The translations under genes and the position numbers were made by a program. This document shows positions 1-9,520 of a stretch of DNA of 64,000 nt, one piece after another. The stretch lies in assembly GCA_943349945.1 (NCBI GenBank), contig CALQZS010000002.1:51278-115277 (forward strand). Direction: 5' to 3'. Numbering within the stretch: position 1 is the first letter of the stretch; every line of letters starts with the position of its first letter. This DNA comes from Candidatus Nomurabacteria bacterium. GTDB taxonomy: Bacteria; Patescibacteriota; Minisyncoccia; Phycocordibacterales; SBAW01. Below the pieces are notes generated by a model. It searched no databases, was not told where the DNA came from, and saw only the letters and a list, made by a program, of their open reading frames with translations.

Positions 1-1110
1 CAAGGCGTAGCACACGCAGTACCCGAGGAGCACCTGCCGTGGCTGTTGCCCACAGACGTAGAGTTCCGCCCTACAGGCACTTCGCCACTTGGACAGTCAA
101 AAGAGCTGCTCGAGCGTACCGAGCGTATTTTTGGTAAAGGCTGGCGACCAGAGATAGACACCATGGACACGTTTGTGTGCTCGTCTTGGTATTACTTCCG
201 CTTTGGTGACCCACGCAACACAAAAGAGTTTGCCAGTAAGGAGTCTATTGCAAAGTGGCAGCCGGTAGACTTGTACATGGGCGGTGCCGAGCATACGGTG
301 CTGCACTTGATGTATGCGCGCTTTATCACCAAAGCGCTCGAGCGTCATGGGTATGTACAATTTAGCGAGCCATTTAAAAAACTGCGACACCAGGGCACCA
401 TTTTGGCAGAAGACGGGTCCAAAATGTCCAAGTCAAAAGGTAATGTTATAAACCCCGACGAAGTGGTTGGGATGTTTGGCGCAGACACGCTGCGCTTGTA
501 CGAGATGTTTATGGGTCCTTTGGAGGCCAACAAGCCGTGGAGCACAAACAACATCGTCGGGGTTCGCCGCTTTTTGGAGCGTGTGTGGTTTTTGCATACA
601 AAAGTAGCCGACACTAAGGCGGAGCCCAAGACAGAATCACTGTTACAACAAACCATACAAAAAGTGACCGAGGATTTGGAGACGTTGAAGATGAACACGG
701 CAATATCGGCGCTTATGATTTTATCTAACCACTTGTCCGAATTGGACGTAGTGCCCAAAGCCACTTATGCAACCTTGGTGCAACTGTTGGCGCCGTTGGC
801 GCCGCACATGGCAGAAGAGTTGTGGGAGCAAGTGGGCACCGGAGACTTGCGCGAAGCTTGGCCATTGTTTGATGCAAGCAAAATAGTAGTAGGGGAGGTA
901 AACGTGGCGGTACAGATTAACGGCAAAGTACGCGGTACTGTGGCTTTGGCACCCGACACACCAAAAGATGCGGCGCTTGAAGCAGCGCGTGCGGAGGCAA
1001 GCGTGGCAAAGTGGCTTGGAGCGGGTAGGGAAGTACAGGCGATATACGTCCCAGGCAAGATTATCAACTTTGTAGTACAGGGCACTGAGCCTCAAAATGG
1101 GGGCATTTGA
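1..1110 (+). CDS. leuS: leucyl-tRNA synthetase, C-terminal part (5' end outside window)
   Basis: KMSKS motif (GSKMSKSKGNV) and class I LeuRS anticodon-binding/C-terminal region. The reading frame is open from base 1 and the stop codon is TGA at 1108-1110. Confidence 0.9.
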   Translation, partial: QGVAHAVPEEHLPWLLPTDVEFRPTGTSPLGQSKELLERTERIFGKGWRPEIDTMDTFVCSSWYYFRFGDPRNTKEFASKESIAKWQPVDLYMGGAEHTVLHLMYARFITKALERHGYVQFSEPFKKLRHQGTILAEDGSKMSKSKGNVINPDEVVGMFGADTLRLYEMFMGPLEANKPWSTNNIVGVRRFLERVWFLHTKVADTKAEPKTESLLQQTIQKVTEDLETLKMNTAISALMILSNHLSELDVVPKATYATLVQLLAPLAPHMAEELWEQVGTGDLREAWPLFDASKIVVGEVNVAVQINGKVRGTVALAPDTPKDAALEAARAEASVAKWLGAGREVQAIYVPGKIINFVVQGTEPQNGGI

Positions 1111-1152
1111 CCCCAGCAAAGCAGTGTGATATACTAATAAGACATTAAATAT

Positions 1153-2208
1153 ATGGCCCAAACAATAGAAAAAACAGCCGACAAGACAGGTTTTAAGCCA
1201 AAAGCGATAGTAAAAAAGCTTCTTACCGCACTCCCTGAGCGGTCTCGTATCGTGCTTGAGGCTCGGTTTGGTTTGGGCACTAACCCAGAGCGCGTTACTT
1301 TGGAATCTATCGGCAAACGTTACCAAATTACCCGCGAGCGCGTCCGCCAGATAGAAAACCACGCGCTTGCGAGCATCAAAAAATCTCCAGCATTTAAAGA
1401 GGCTGACGCTGCGTTCCACGAGCTTGAGCGCATTATAGACTCGCTCGGCGGCATTGTATGCGAGGATGACCTGCTTAACTTTGTTACCAAGGACAAGTCG
1501 ATGCAGAACCACATCTACTTCCTGTTGGTGTTGGGTGACCCATTTAAATACCGTAAAGAAGACGACGAACTGGAGCGTTGCTGGTATGTCGACGCTGAAC
1601 TTGCTTCAAAAATAGAGAACGCACTCAAAAACTTGTACAGCGGCATCGCCGACGAAGACCTTATCCCCGAGGGCGAGATGATCGACCGTTTTCTTAAAGA
1701 GCTCCAGGTTATAAACGACAAACACCGCAATAGCGAAGTATTGAAACGCTGGTTGTCTATATCAAAACACATAGGAAAGAACCCCCTAGGCGAGTGGGGT
1801 CACTCGGCGTCACCTAACGTTAAAACCAAAGGCGTGCGCGACTATGCGTACTTGGCGGTCAAAAAGCACGGCAGCCCGTTGCACTTCCGCGAAGTGTCTA
1901 AACTTATTGAGAAGATGTTTAACCGTGCAGCGCACGTAGCAACGACCCACAACGAACTTATCAAAGACGACCGCTTTGTGTTGGTTGGTCGCGGCATGTA
2001 CGCACTTAAAGAGTGGGGGTACACCTCGGGCGTGGTACGTGACGTAGTGCGCGAAGCGCTACGCAAGCACGGCCCTATGACCAAAGAGCAGATCATTGCC
2101 GAGGTGCTTAAAGAGCGCCACGTAAAGCCAGGCACTATTGTGGTCAACCTGCAGAATCAAAAATACTTCAAACGAGCCAAAGACGGCACTTTTGCAGTCG
2201 TTAAATAA
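1153..2208 (+). CDS. sigma-70 region 4 domain fused to a C-terminal HARE-HTH/winged-helix domain (putative transcription factor)
   Basis: The N-terminus (ERSRIVLEARFGLGTNPERVTLESIGKRYQITRERVRQIENHALASIKK) matches sigma-70 region 4. The C-terminus (PLHFREVSKLIEKMF...DDRFVLVGRGMYALKEWGY) matches the HARE-HTH of the RNAP delta subunit (RpoE-like). Confidence 0.75.
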   Translation: MAQTIEKTADKTGFKPKAIVKKLLTALPERSRIVLEARFGLGTNPERVTLESIGKRYQITRERVRQIENHALASIKKSPAFKEADAAFHELERIIDSLGGIVCEDDLLNFVTKDKSMQNHIYFLLVLGDPFKYRKEDDELERCWYVDAELASKIENALKNLYSGIADEDLIPEGEMIDRFLKELQVINDKHRNSEVLKRWLSISKHIGKNPLGEWGHSASPNVKTKGVRDYAYLAVKKHGSPLHFREVSKLIEKMFNRAAHVATTHNELIKDDRFVLVGRGMYALKEWGYTSGVVRDVVREALRKHGPMTKEQIIAEVLKERHVKPGTIVVNLQNQKYFKRAKDGTFAVVK

Positions 2209-2229
2209 TCAAAAAGACTGGTTAGTTAC

Positions 2230-2265
2230 AAAGGGCGGTTGCTAGAAAGTTAGTGACCGCCCTTT
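2230..2265. terminator. hairpin between convergent genes (aaagggcggt...accgcccttt)
   Basis: A 9-10-bp GC-rich inverted repeat with a large loop, overlapping the 3' end of the minus-strand gene. Confidence 0.4.
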
Positions 2266-2600
2266 GTGCTGGTTACGGCAGTGTATACAATCCACAACAC
2301 CAGCAGCGTTACAACGCTAAATCCAAAAATTGGATGCATAGTGGTGTAGCCAAACCAACTTGCCACAAAACGCGCCGACTCCCAGGCCAAAAAAGCTGCC
2401 AAAGCAATACAAAAACCCCAAGTGGCGCGTACCCGAGCCTCTTCTTGGTGTTCGTTGTGGCCGCTATTGGTAACAAGGTGCCCCACGCCGCCAATAAACC
2501 CGCGCAAGAAGGTTAGAAAACCTATAACCGCATACACGCTTAGCGGTATGCCAACATACAGTAGCGGATTTTCGGCTAAGTTATGCAAAAGGGTATCCAT
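2250..2600 (-). CDS. hypothetical membrane protein (3-4 TM helices)
   Basis: A 116-aa ORF with a hydrophobic profile that lies convergent with the upstream gene. Confidence 0.6.
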   Translation of the reverse strand: MDTLLHNLAENPLLYVGIPLSVYAVIGFLTFLRGFIGGVGHLVTNSGHNEHQEEARVRATWGFCIALAAFLAWESARFVASWFGYTTMHPIFGFSVVTLLVLWIVYTAVTSTKGGH

Positions 2601-2636
2601 AGGCTATAGACAAAGTCATTGTATACTATATCACGT

Positions 2637-3998
2637 ATGCCCCTGCATCATACCGCAGAAAAAATCACCCACTGGTTGGACAGCTGGAATGTGGAGTCAA
2701 TTCTCGTCTCAAGTGCAGGTTTTTTAATATTGTTTGTGATGGCCGTACTTCTTGACCCAAGCGGAGTGTGGAATTTTTTTGTTGCACTTATAACCCTTAT
2801 GCCGTTTTGGCTGCCAGTGTTTCTTTCTATTGTGTTTTGGGTTATTTGGATGCACTACATCCGCTATCTGTTTTGGTTTAGCCACAACTATATAGTGCTC
2901 GAGGTGCAGCTGCCCCAAGAGGTAGAAAAGTCGCCCAAGGCGATGGAGACGTTTTTAACCGCGCTTTGGAATGCGGGTGGCGAGACTACCTTCCTTGCCC
3001 GCATATGGAAGGGCTCATACCGTCCCGTGTGGGCGCTTGAGATCGCCAGCAACGAAGGCAAGGTTGGGTTTTATATGCACATGCGCGACAGTTGGCGCAG
3101 TGTGGTGGAGGCGCGTTTGTACGGCTTGTTCCCCGACGCTAAAGTGTCCGAGGTAGAGGACTATGCGTCTAAAATAAAATTCAACCTCGACGAATATGAT
3201 TTGTTTGGCGCTGAGTATCAAAAACCTAGCTCAAACCCACACGCTCTGCCCATTAAAACCTACGTAGACTTTGGAATGGACAAAGATCCTAAAGAAGAGT
3301 TTAAAATCGACCCACTCGCCAACCTTATCGAGCTCTTGGCCCAAGTGGGCAAAGACGAGCATTACTGGTTCCAGATTGTGTTCCGTACCCGCAAAAAAGA
3401 CGAGTGGTACGGTTTTTACTTGCCAGGGGATGCATACAAAGACAAAGGCAAGGCAGAAATCCAAGCTATTATGGCCGGCGCCGCAAAGCGCGCCCAAGAT
3501 GTACTCAAGGCATCTGAAGTGGTAGAAGGGAAGGTGAGTTCGCTTTTGACCGATGGAGAAAAAAGGCGCGTGGACGCAATAGAGCGCAGTATGTCCAAAC
3601 TAGTGTTTGAATGCGGCTTCCGTGTGCTGTATTTAGCAAAAAAAGACCGTTTTAACGGCATCAATATACCCCAGTTGATACAGTTTTTTGCGCCGTTTAA
3701 CGGAGAAGGCTACGAACACAACCGGCTACACGTAACCCGTGGTATGGCCTTTTTTGACTACCCTTGGCAAGACTACAAAGACAGACGTAAACAAAAAATA
3801 AAGGAGCAGATTTTCTTTTTTTACAAACATCGGGCATACTTTTATGTGCCGTACGACCAGGAGCCATCTTTTCTGACTGTCGAAGAATTGGCAACGCTGT
3901 GGCACTTCCCAGGGTCGAGCATCAAAACACCAGGGCTTAACCGTGTGGCTGCACGCCGCGCCGAGGCGCCTCCCAATTTACCAACCTTACCTTCTTGA
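2637..3998 (+). CDS. hypothetical membrane protein (N-terminal TM helices plus a large soluble domain)
   Basis: A 454-aa ORF from ATG 2637 (the ORF track starts at TTG 2619). TATACT lies at 2622-2627, 9 nt before the ATG. No confident family assignment was possible. Confidence 0.65.
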   Translation: MPLHHTAEKITHWLDSWNVESILVSSAGFLILFVMAVLLDPSGVWNFFVALITLMPFWLPVFLSIVFWVIWMHYIRYLFWFSHNYIVLEVQLPQEVEKSPKAMETFLTALWNAGGETTFLARIWKGSYRPVWALEIASNEGKVGFYMHMRDSWRSVVEARLYGLFPDAKVSEVEDYASKIKFNLDEYDLFGAEYQKPSSNPHALPIKTYVDFGMDKDPKEEFKIDPLANLIELLAQVGKDEHYWFQIVFRTRKKDEWYGFYLPGDAYKDKGKAEIQAIMAGAAKRAQDVLKASEVVEGKVSSLLTDGEKRRVDAIERSMSKLVFECGFRVLYLAKKDRFNGINIPQLIQFFAPFNGEGYEHNRLHVTRGMAFFDYPWQDYKDRRKQKIKEQIFFFYKHRAYFYVPYDQEPSFLTVEELATLWHFPGSSIKTPGLNRVAARRAEAPPNLPTLPS

Positions 3999-4011
3999 TG
4001 TCTTTTGTTGT

Positions 4012-5022
4012 ATGAAAAAACAAGTAACGCATATCGGCGAAGTGTGTAATGAGTGGTGCCAAGAGTGGCGCATGTATGACCGCGTACTGCCGCTAGGGCT
4101 TTTGGCGGGGGTGCTACTGTTCCTTTTGTACTTTGTAACCATCTCTGCGCCACTGAACTTTCCTGGAGCCACGTACGTTAAGGTACCCAAAGACCAAAGC
4201 TTTGACGAAATCGCCCAAAACCTAGAGGAGCGCAACATCATCCGCTCGCCGCTGGCATTCCGTCTGTTCGCACGGCTCTATGGCCCACAAACACACCTGA
4301 TGAGCGGAGAGTACTTTTTCTCGGAGCCTATAACTGTAGTGGGTGTGGCGCGGCGACTGATGCGCGGCGATTTTGAATTGCTGCCCATTAAAGTAACCTT
4401 GCCCGAAGGCACCACCGCACAGCAAATGGCCGAGCTGTTGGCCAAAAAGATACCCGATTTTGACCACGAAGAGTTTCTTGAAAAAGCAAAACCAAAAGAA
4501 GGGTACTTGTTCCCCGACACCTACTTCTTTTTGCCCGGAGCCGAGGCAGACGAGGTGCTTGAAGTTTTGGAAGAAAACTTTACTCGCCAAATAAACGACC
4601 CGCGCGTACAAGAGGCGCTTGCAAAGTTCGACAAACCGCTGAGCGACGTTATCATCATGGCGTCCTTGCTGGAAAAAGAGGCAGCAAAAACAAAAGACCG
4701 TCAGATGATAGCGGGCATTTTGTGGAAGCGCATAGACATAAACATGCCGCTGCAAGTTGATGCTGTCTTCCCCTACATTATTGGCAAAAATACATTCAAC
4801 ATAACCAGAGCAGAACTGCGCACCGACTCGCCCTACAACACCTACACCAACAAAGGGCTGCCTATAGGACCCATCGCCAACCCTGGACTCGACTCTATTT
4901 TGGCGGCTATGACACCGGTTAAAACAAATTATCTTTTCTACCTATCCGACTTGAATAGCCAATTCCACTTTAGCCCTACGTACAGCGAACACTTGGCCAA
5001 ACAGCGCAAATACCTACCGTAA
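4012..5022 (+). CDS. mltG: endolytic murein transglycosylase MltG (YceG-like)
   Basis: An N-terminal TM segment and YceG motifs (YLFPDTY, LPIGPIANPG). Start was moved to ATG 4012 to avoid overlap with the upstream gene. Confidence 0.85.
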   Translation: MKKQVTHIGEVCNEWCQEWRMYDRVLPLGLLAGVLLFLLYFVTISAPLNFPGATYVKVPKDQSFDEIAQNLEERNIIRSPLAFRLFARLYGPQTHLMSGEYFFSEPITVVGVARRLMRGDFELLPIKVTLPEGTTAQQMAELLAKKIPDFDHEEFLEKAKPKEGYLFPDTYFFLPGAEADEVLEVLEENFTRQINDPRVQEALAKFDKPLSDVIIMASLLEKEAAKTKDRQMIAGILWKRIDINMPLQVDAVFPYIIGKNTFNITRAELRTDSPYNTYTNKGLPIGPIANPGLDSILAAMTPVKTNYLFYLSDLNSQFHFSPTYSEHLAKQRKYLP

Positions 5023-5025
5023 CTT

Positions 5026-5058
5026 AACTAACCCACAAGTCAGACTTGTGGGTTAGTT
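5026..5058 (+). terminator. rho-independent terminator after mltG
   Basis: A 16-bp inverted repeat (aactaacccacaagtc / gacttgtgggttagtt) followed by a T-rich stretch. Confidence 0.6.
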
Positions 5059-5094
5059 CTGTCGTTTATCACAAAAAAGTGATACGCTCCAAAC

Positions 5095-6162
5095 ATGTTT
5101 TGGCAGAAAAAGAAAAAAGGGACAGTGTTTGTAGGCCTCTCGGGTGGGGTAGACTCCGCCGTGTCTGCAGCACTGCTTCAAGCACAAGGCTACAAGGTGG
5201 TTGGCGTGTTTATCCGCATCAGCTTGCCTGGCTACCCCTGCACAGCCGGGGTCGACAAAATAGACGCCATGCGCGCCGCAGCACATCTAGGGATCCCATT
5301 TTTGGAGGTTGATTTGTCGAAGGAGTACGCCGCACAGGTTTTTGATACTACCCGCACCGAATACGCACACGGCAACACACCAAACCCCGACACGTTGTGT
5401 AATAGAGAGATTAAGTTTGGCGCTTTTTATGACTTTGCTAAAGCGCATGGTGCAGATTTTGTGGCAACAGGACACTACGCACAAACCAAAAACGGCAAGC
5501 TGTATGTAAGCGCTGATGATCAAAAAGACCAGAGTTATTTTTTGTGGATGATACCAGCGCACACTCTGCCGCATGTATTGTTTCCTGTAGGCCATTTGCG
5601 CAAACCTCAAGTGCGCGCTCTTGCAAAAAAATTTACACTCCCCAATGCGTCGCGCAAAGACAGCCAAGGTCTATGCTTTTTGGGTGACATCACCATAGAA
5701 GACATGCTCGCCCGCGAGATACAGCTCGTGCCCGGCCATGTACTCGACGAGCAGGGAGCTGTAGTGGGGCGGCACCAAGGTGTCCAACAATACACGCTGG
5801 GGCAGCGACACGGGTTTGTGTTGCACGCACAAACTCCAGACACCCTCCCGCATTTTGTAGTGAGCAAAGACATGGGCAACAACACACTGACAGTTTCCAC
5901 CAGTCCATATCCAAGTGGTGCGCAAACAACAGAGGTGTTGCTTCGCGAGGTGAATTGGTTAGGCGATGTGACCCCCGGACCATGCGAGGCGCGTTTTCGC
6001 TACCGCCAACCACTTCTTCAGGCAGAGCTTGTAGCAACTGGGCCCGAGGCACGGGTGCGCATACACGCGCCGCGACACATACCCTTGGGGCAATCCTTGG
6101 TGCTCTATAGTGGCGACCGGTGTCTCGGTGGCGGCACCGTTGCACAAACCACACTGCAGTAG
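5095..6162 (+). CDS. mnmA: tRNA-specific 2-thiouridylase MnmA
   Basis: A PP-loop (SGGVDSAV), catalytic Cys residues and full-length similarity to the MnmA/TrmU family. Confidence 0.9.
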   Translation: MFWQKKKKGTVFVGLSGGVDSAVSAALLQAQGYKVVGVFIRISLPGYPCTAGVDKIDAMRAAAHLGIPFLEVDLSKEYAAQVFDTTRTEYAHGNTPNPDTLCNREIKFGAFYDFAKAHGADFVATGHYAQTKNGKLYVSADDQKDQSYFLWMIPAHTLPHVLFPVGHLRKPQVRALAKKFTLPNASRKDSQGLCFLGDITIEDMLAREIQLVPGHVLDEQGAVVGRHQGVQQYTLGQRHGFVLHAQTPDTLPHFVVSKDMGNNTLTVSTSPYPSGAQTTEVLLREVNWLGDVTPGPCEARFRYRQPLLQAELVATGPEARVRIHAPRHIPLGQSLVLYSGDRCLGGGTVAQTTLQ

Positions 6163-6210
6163 TGGATAAGTATCGCGCTTTTGTAACAATAAAAAGCGTA
6201 TACTTTCAGT

Positions 6211-6624
6211 ATGGTAAAGCAGCAGGGAACCGCGATACTTATATTTTTTCTGCTTGCATTATTAGTAGGGTGGTGGAGTTTGCCAGAGGAACACACAAAA
6301 CCATATACTGCCGCACCAACACAGCCCAAAGAGACTCTGCCTATTAAACACACAAGCGCCAGCACGACGCACACCTACAGCGGCGAGCTACCTATGGTGC
6401 GTGACTGTGACTCTTTTTCTACAAAAATAGAGACCGCGCATAAAGAATCTTTGCATGCCACTTTGTCGTTTGTGATTACCACCTCTCACGCCTGCGACAC
6501 CAAAACCGCACCAGCGAGCTTTGCGGTTTCGCTGGCAAGTCAGGGCGCTATACCGCCCACTATTGACCACGTACTCTTAAACGGAAATCCAGTAGCGTTT
6601 CGTATTATAGAAGCGCAGCCATAA
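6211..6624 (+). CDS. hypothetical membrane-anchored or secreted protein
   Basis: A 137-aa ORF with an N-terminal hydrophobic segment. TATACT at 6199-6204 lies 6 nt before the ATG. Confidence 0.55.
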   Translation: MVKQQGTAILIFFLLALLVGWWSLPEEHTKPYTAAPTQPKETLPIKHTSASTTHTYSGELPMVRDCDSFSTKIETAHKESLHATLSFVITTSHACDTKTAPASFAVSLASQGAIPPTIDHVLLNGNPVAFRIIEAQP

Positions 6625-6628
6625 ATCT

Positions 6629-7486
6629 ATGTCTATCTTTGTTGCAAAATCAGATGGCACCACAGAGGCTTTTGACCCTGCTAAGCTGCGTGCGTCGCTT
6701 AAAAGAGCTGGCGCCGTACCGGACGAAATACATAAAGTAGTACAAACCGTAGAGAAAGACCTCTACAGCGGTATCACCACCACCGAAATATACCGCCGCG
6801 CATTCGCCTATTTGCGCGGACACAAACACACCGCCGCCGCACGTTACTCGCTGAAGCGGGCAGTGCTAGACTTTGGACCCTCTGGGTTTCCTTTTGAGGT
6901 ATACATGGCAGAACTTTTTCGCCTAGAAGGGTACAGCGCCTCGGTGGGCCAAATAATCCAAGGCGGATGCGTCGAACACGAAGTAGATGTGGTTTTGTCT
7001 GCAAAAAAATCTACCCCTTTGAGTAAAAAGAAAGATGCCACTAGCACCTACGTCGAGGCCAAATTCCACAACACCCTAGGACTCAAGACCGATCTTAAAA
7101 CAGTGCTGTACGTAAAAGCACGCATAGACGACATTCGTGCTGCAAATCCAGAGAAGCAAATTCGAGGAATGGTCGTAACCAACACCAAGTTTACCGAGCG
7201 GGCAGTCCAGTATGCTTCCTGTGTGGGGCTTGAGCTTTTGGGTTGGGAGTATCCACTTAAGGGCAACTTGCACGACCGCATAGAGGCAGCACAACTGTAC
7301 CCTGTAACCGCACTCACTACTTTGTCTAAAGGAGAAAAAATGGCTTTATTAAACGCCAAAAAAGTGCTTTGTACCGACTTACCCCAAAACACGGACCTTT
7401 TGCAGCAAATAGGCGTACGTGGCAGACGAGTGGACTCAATTTTGGAAGAAGTAGGGACGTTGTGCGTCTCGGGGAAAGAGATATAA
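6629..7486 (+). CDS. ATP-cone domain fused to an Mrr-type (PD-(D/E)XK) restriction endonuclease domain
   Basis: The N-terminus (MSIFVAKSDGTTEAFDPAKLRASLKRAG...) matches the ATP-cone consensus. The central region carries D...EVDVVL...YVEAKF, a PD-(D/E)XK (Mrr_cat-like) motif. Confidence 0.75.
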   Translation: MSIFVAKSDGTTEAFDPAKLRASLKRAGAVPDEIHKVVQTVEKDLYSGITTTEIYRRAFAYLRGHKHTAAARYSLKRAVLDFGPSGFPFEVYMAELFRLEGYSASVGQIIQGGCVEHEVDVVLSAKKSTPLSKKKDATSTYVEAKFHNTLGLKTDLKTVLYVKARIDDIRAANPEKQIRGMVVTNTKFTERAVQYASCVGLELLGWEYPLKGNLHDRIEAAQLYPVTALTTLSKGEKMALLNAKKVLCTDLPQNTDLLQQIGVRGRRVDSILEEVGTLCVSGKEI

Positions 7487-7525
7487 TCGTCGTACGGGCT
7501 CTTATTTACTTTTAACGACGCGCAT

Positions 7526-8155
7526 ATGGATAACAAGAATCAGAATAATCAGAAACCGGGTTTGTCATGGACGCAGCCTGCCTCCGCACCGCAAACAAAA
7601 ATACACGAGCAGCCACAAAAAAATCAAACTGCTCAAACTCCCACTAATGAGTCAAGCAACAGCAAGGTTGTTTGGATCGTCGGCGCCGTGGTGGTTTGTG
7701 TTATAGCAGCGCTTATTTTCATCGGGCAGCGCGACAAGTCTGGCTCCACTGCATCAAATGCCACCACTACTGCTACAAAAACAGAACGTAAAACTGATGC
7801 AACAGAACCTACGACCGTAACCCCCGTCGTTGGCAGCATGGAAGGTTTGACTGTACCGTCTCCTCAAGATGCCGGAATGGAAGTGTTAGTAGAGGTAGAG
7901 TCTGTGCCTGCACCAACTTGGATTGTTGTGTATGAAAACAATAACGGCAAACCAGGCAACGTATTGGGTGCTGCATTCTTTACACAAACGATCAACAGCG
8001 ACTCTGTAAGCTTGCTGCGCGGCACACAACCAGGACGCACTTACTTTGTCGGCAAGACACACGACGACGGCGACCGTAAATATGCACTCGACGTCGACCC
8101 TGTAGTTCGCGACGACGAGGGTAACCCCGTGTTGGTAGAATTTACTACCCGATAA
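7526..8155 (+). CDS. hypothetical membrane-anchored protein (low-complexity N-terminus, single TM)
   Basis: A 209-aa ORF with a Q/T-rich N-terminus followed by a TM helix. Confidence 0.55.
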   Translation: MDNKNQNNQKPGLSWTQPASAPQTKIHEQPQKNQTAQTPTNESSNSKVVWIVGAVVVCVIAALIFIGQRDKSGSTASNATTTATKTERKTDATEPTTVTPVVGSMEGLTVPSPQDAGMEVLVEVESVPAPTWIVVYENNNGKPGNVLGAAFFTQTINSDSVSLLRGTQPGRTYFVGKTHDDGDRKYALDVDPVVRDDEGNPVLVEFTTR

Positions 8156-8158
8156 TAT

Positions 8159-8638
8159 ATGCCTGACTTCACCCAATTCACCTCGTCCTTTGGTTTTGTA
8201 GAAATGACCTTTGCGTGGCGACTTGTGGTTGCTATGGTGCTGGGCGCTTGTTTGGGGCTTGAGCGCTCCTTGGCAGGCAAGCACGCAGGCATGCGCACCT
8301 ATTCACTGGTGTCGCTTGGCTCAGCCACGCTGGTAATTGTAGGGACACTGGCGAGCTATCAGCTGTCTATGTTTTCTGGCGTAAACCCGCTGCAAATTGC
8401 CGGGTCTATAGTCATCGGTATCGGCTTTATCGGCAGTGGCCTAGCAGCATTGCGTGGCGACCATCCCGCAGAGCTCACCACTGCAGCTGGCATTTGGGCA
8501 GTAGCGGCCATAGGCATGGCATGCGGTTTTGGACTCTACATCATCGCTATAACCGCAACAGTACTGAGTATTATCGTGTTTACTTTCTTGTCTAAATTGG
8601 AGTACCGCCTACGTACTCAGTGGGGCAAAGACAATTAA
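8159..8638 (+). CDS. mgtC: MgtC/SapB family membrane protein
   Basis: The N-terminal motif (LVVAMVLGACLGLERSLAGKHAGMRTYSLVSLGSA) is typical of MgtC. Confidence 0.8.
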   Translation: MPDFTQFTSSFGFVEMTFAWRLVVAMVLGACLGLERSLAGKHAGMRTYSLVSLGSATLVIVGTLASYQLSMFSGVNPLQIAGSIVIGIGFIGSGLAALRGDHPAELTTAAGIWAVAAIGMACGFGLYIIAITATVLSIIVFTFLSKLEYRLRTQWGKDN

Positions 8639-8683
8639 CTTCCGCCTACGCGGTTCCTGGCGTACAATAGGTAACACAAACCT

Positions 8684-9520
8684 ATGAGCCAATACTACAA
8701 ACCGCATCGCAAACCAGACTACAACTACGGCGGGCCAAAGTGGACACTGTCGCGCTCGAAGATTGACCTCTTTATGGAGTGCGCCCGCTGTTTTTATATC
8801 GATAACAAGCTGGGCACTGCACGGCCACCAGGGTATCCCTTTAACCTAAACAGCGCCGTTGACGCATTGCTTAAAAAAGAACTCGATACGCACCGCGCAA
8901 ACGGCACACAACACCCGCTGGCAGCAGCTTATGGTCTCGATGCTATACCGCTTGCGCACGCACGGATGGACGAGTGGCGAAATGCGCTGAGCCAAGGCGT
9001 TAAGTGTATCCATAAACCAACCGGCCTCACTGTGCGCGGCGGCGTGGACGATATCTGGATAAACAAAGCGGGCGAGCTTATTGTCATAGACTACAAAGCA
9101 ACTAGTAAGGACGGAAAGATTGAGTCACTGGACGAAGAGTGGCATCGTGGGTACAAACGCCAGCTCGAGATATATCAGTGGCTTTTGCGACAAAACGGTT
9201 TTGCGGTGTCTGATACTGGCTACTGGTTTTATGCAAACGCAACCAAAGACCGCGAAGCGTTTGACGCACGACTCGACTTCGAGCTCACCTTGGTGCCCTA
9301 CACCGGCACCACTGACTGGGTCGACGGAGTGCTTATTGAGCTAAAGAAGTGTCTCGATAGCGACACACTGCCCGATGCGGGCGTTGATTGCGATTATTGT
9401 AAATACCGCAGCGCGGTTGAAACTGTACTTGGCAATAAGCCACAGGCCGCACCAGCGCCTATTCCAGTAGCCGCAAAACAAACCCATGCGACAGAAACCC
9501 CGAACGGACAGCTTTTCTAA
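8684..9520 (+). CDS. PD-(D/E)XK nuclease, Cas4/RecB-like with four Cys (standalone)
   Basis: VIDYK ((D/E)xK) motif, N-terminal CxxC (ECARCFY) and C-terminal CxxC (DCDYCKY). This architecture is like Cas4/AddB-type nucleases. No cas genes lie nearby. Confidence 0.65.
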   Translation: MSQYYKPHRKPDYNYGGPKWTLSRSKIDLFMECARCFYIDNKLGTARPPGYPFNLNSAVDALLKKELDTHRANGTQHPLAAAYGLDAIPLAHARMDEWRNALSQGVKCIHKPTGLTVRGGVDDIWINKAGELIVIDYKATSKDGKIESLDEEWHRGYKRQLEIYQWLLRQNGFAVSDTGYWFYANATKDREAFDARLDFELTLVPYTGTTDWVDGVLIELKKCLDSDTLPDAGVDCDYCKYRSAVETVLGNKPQAAPAPIPVAAKQTHATETPNGQLF

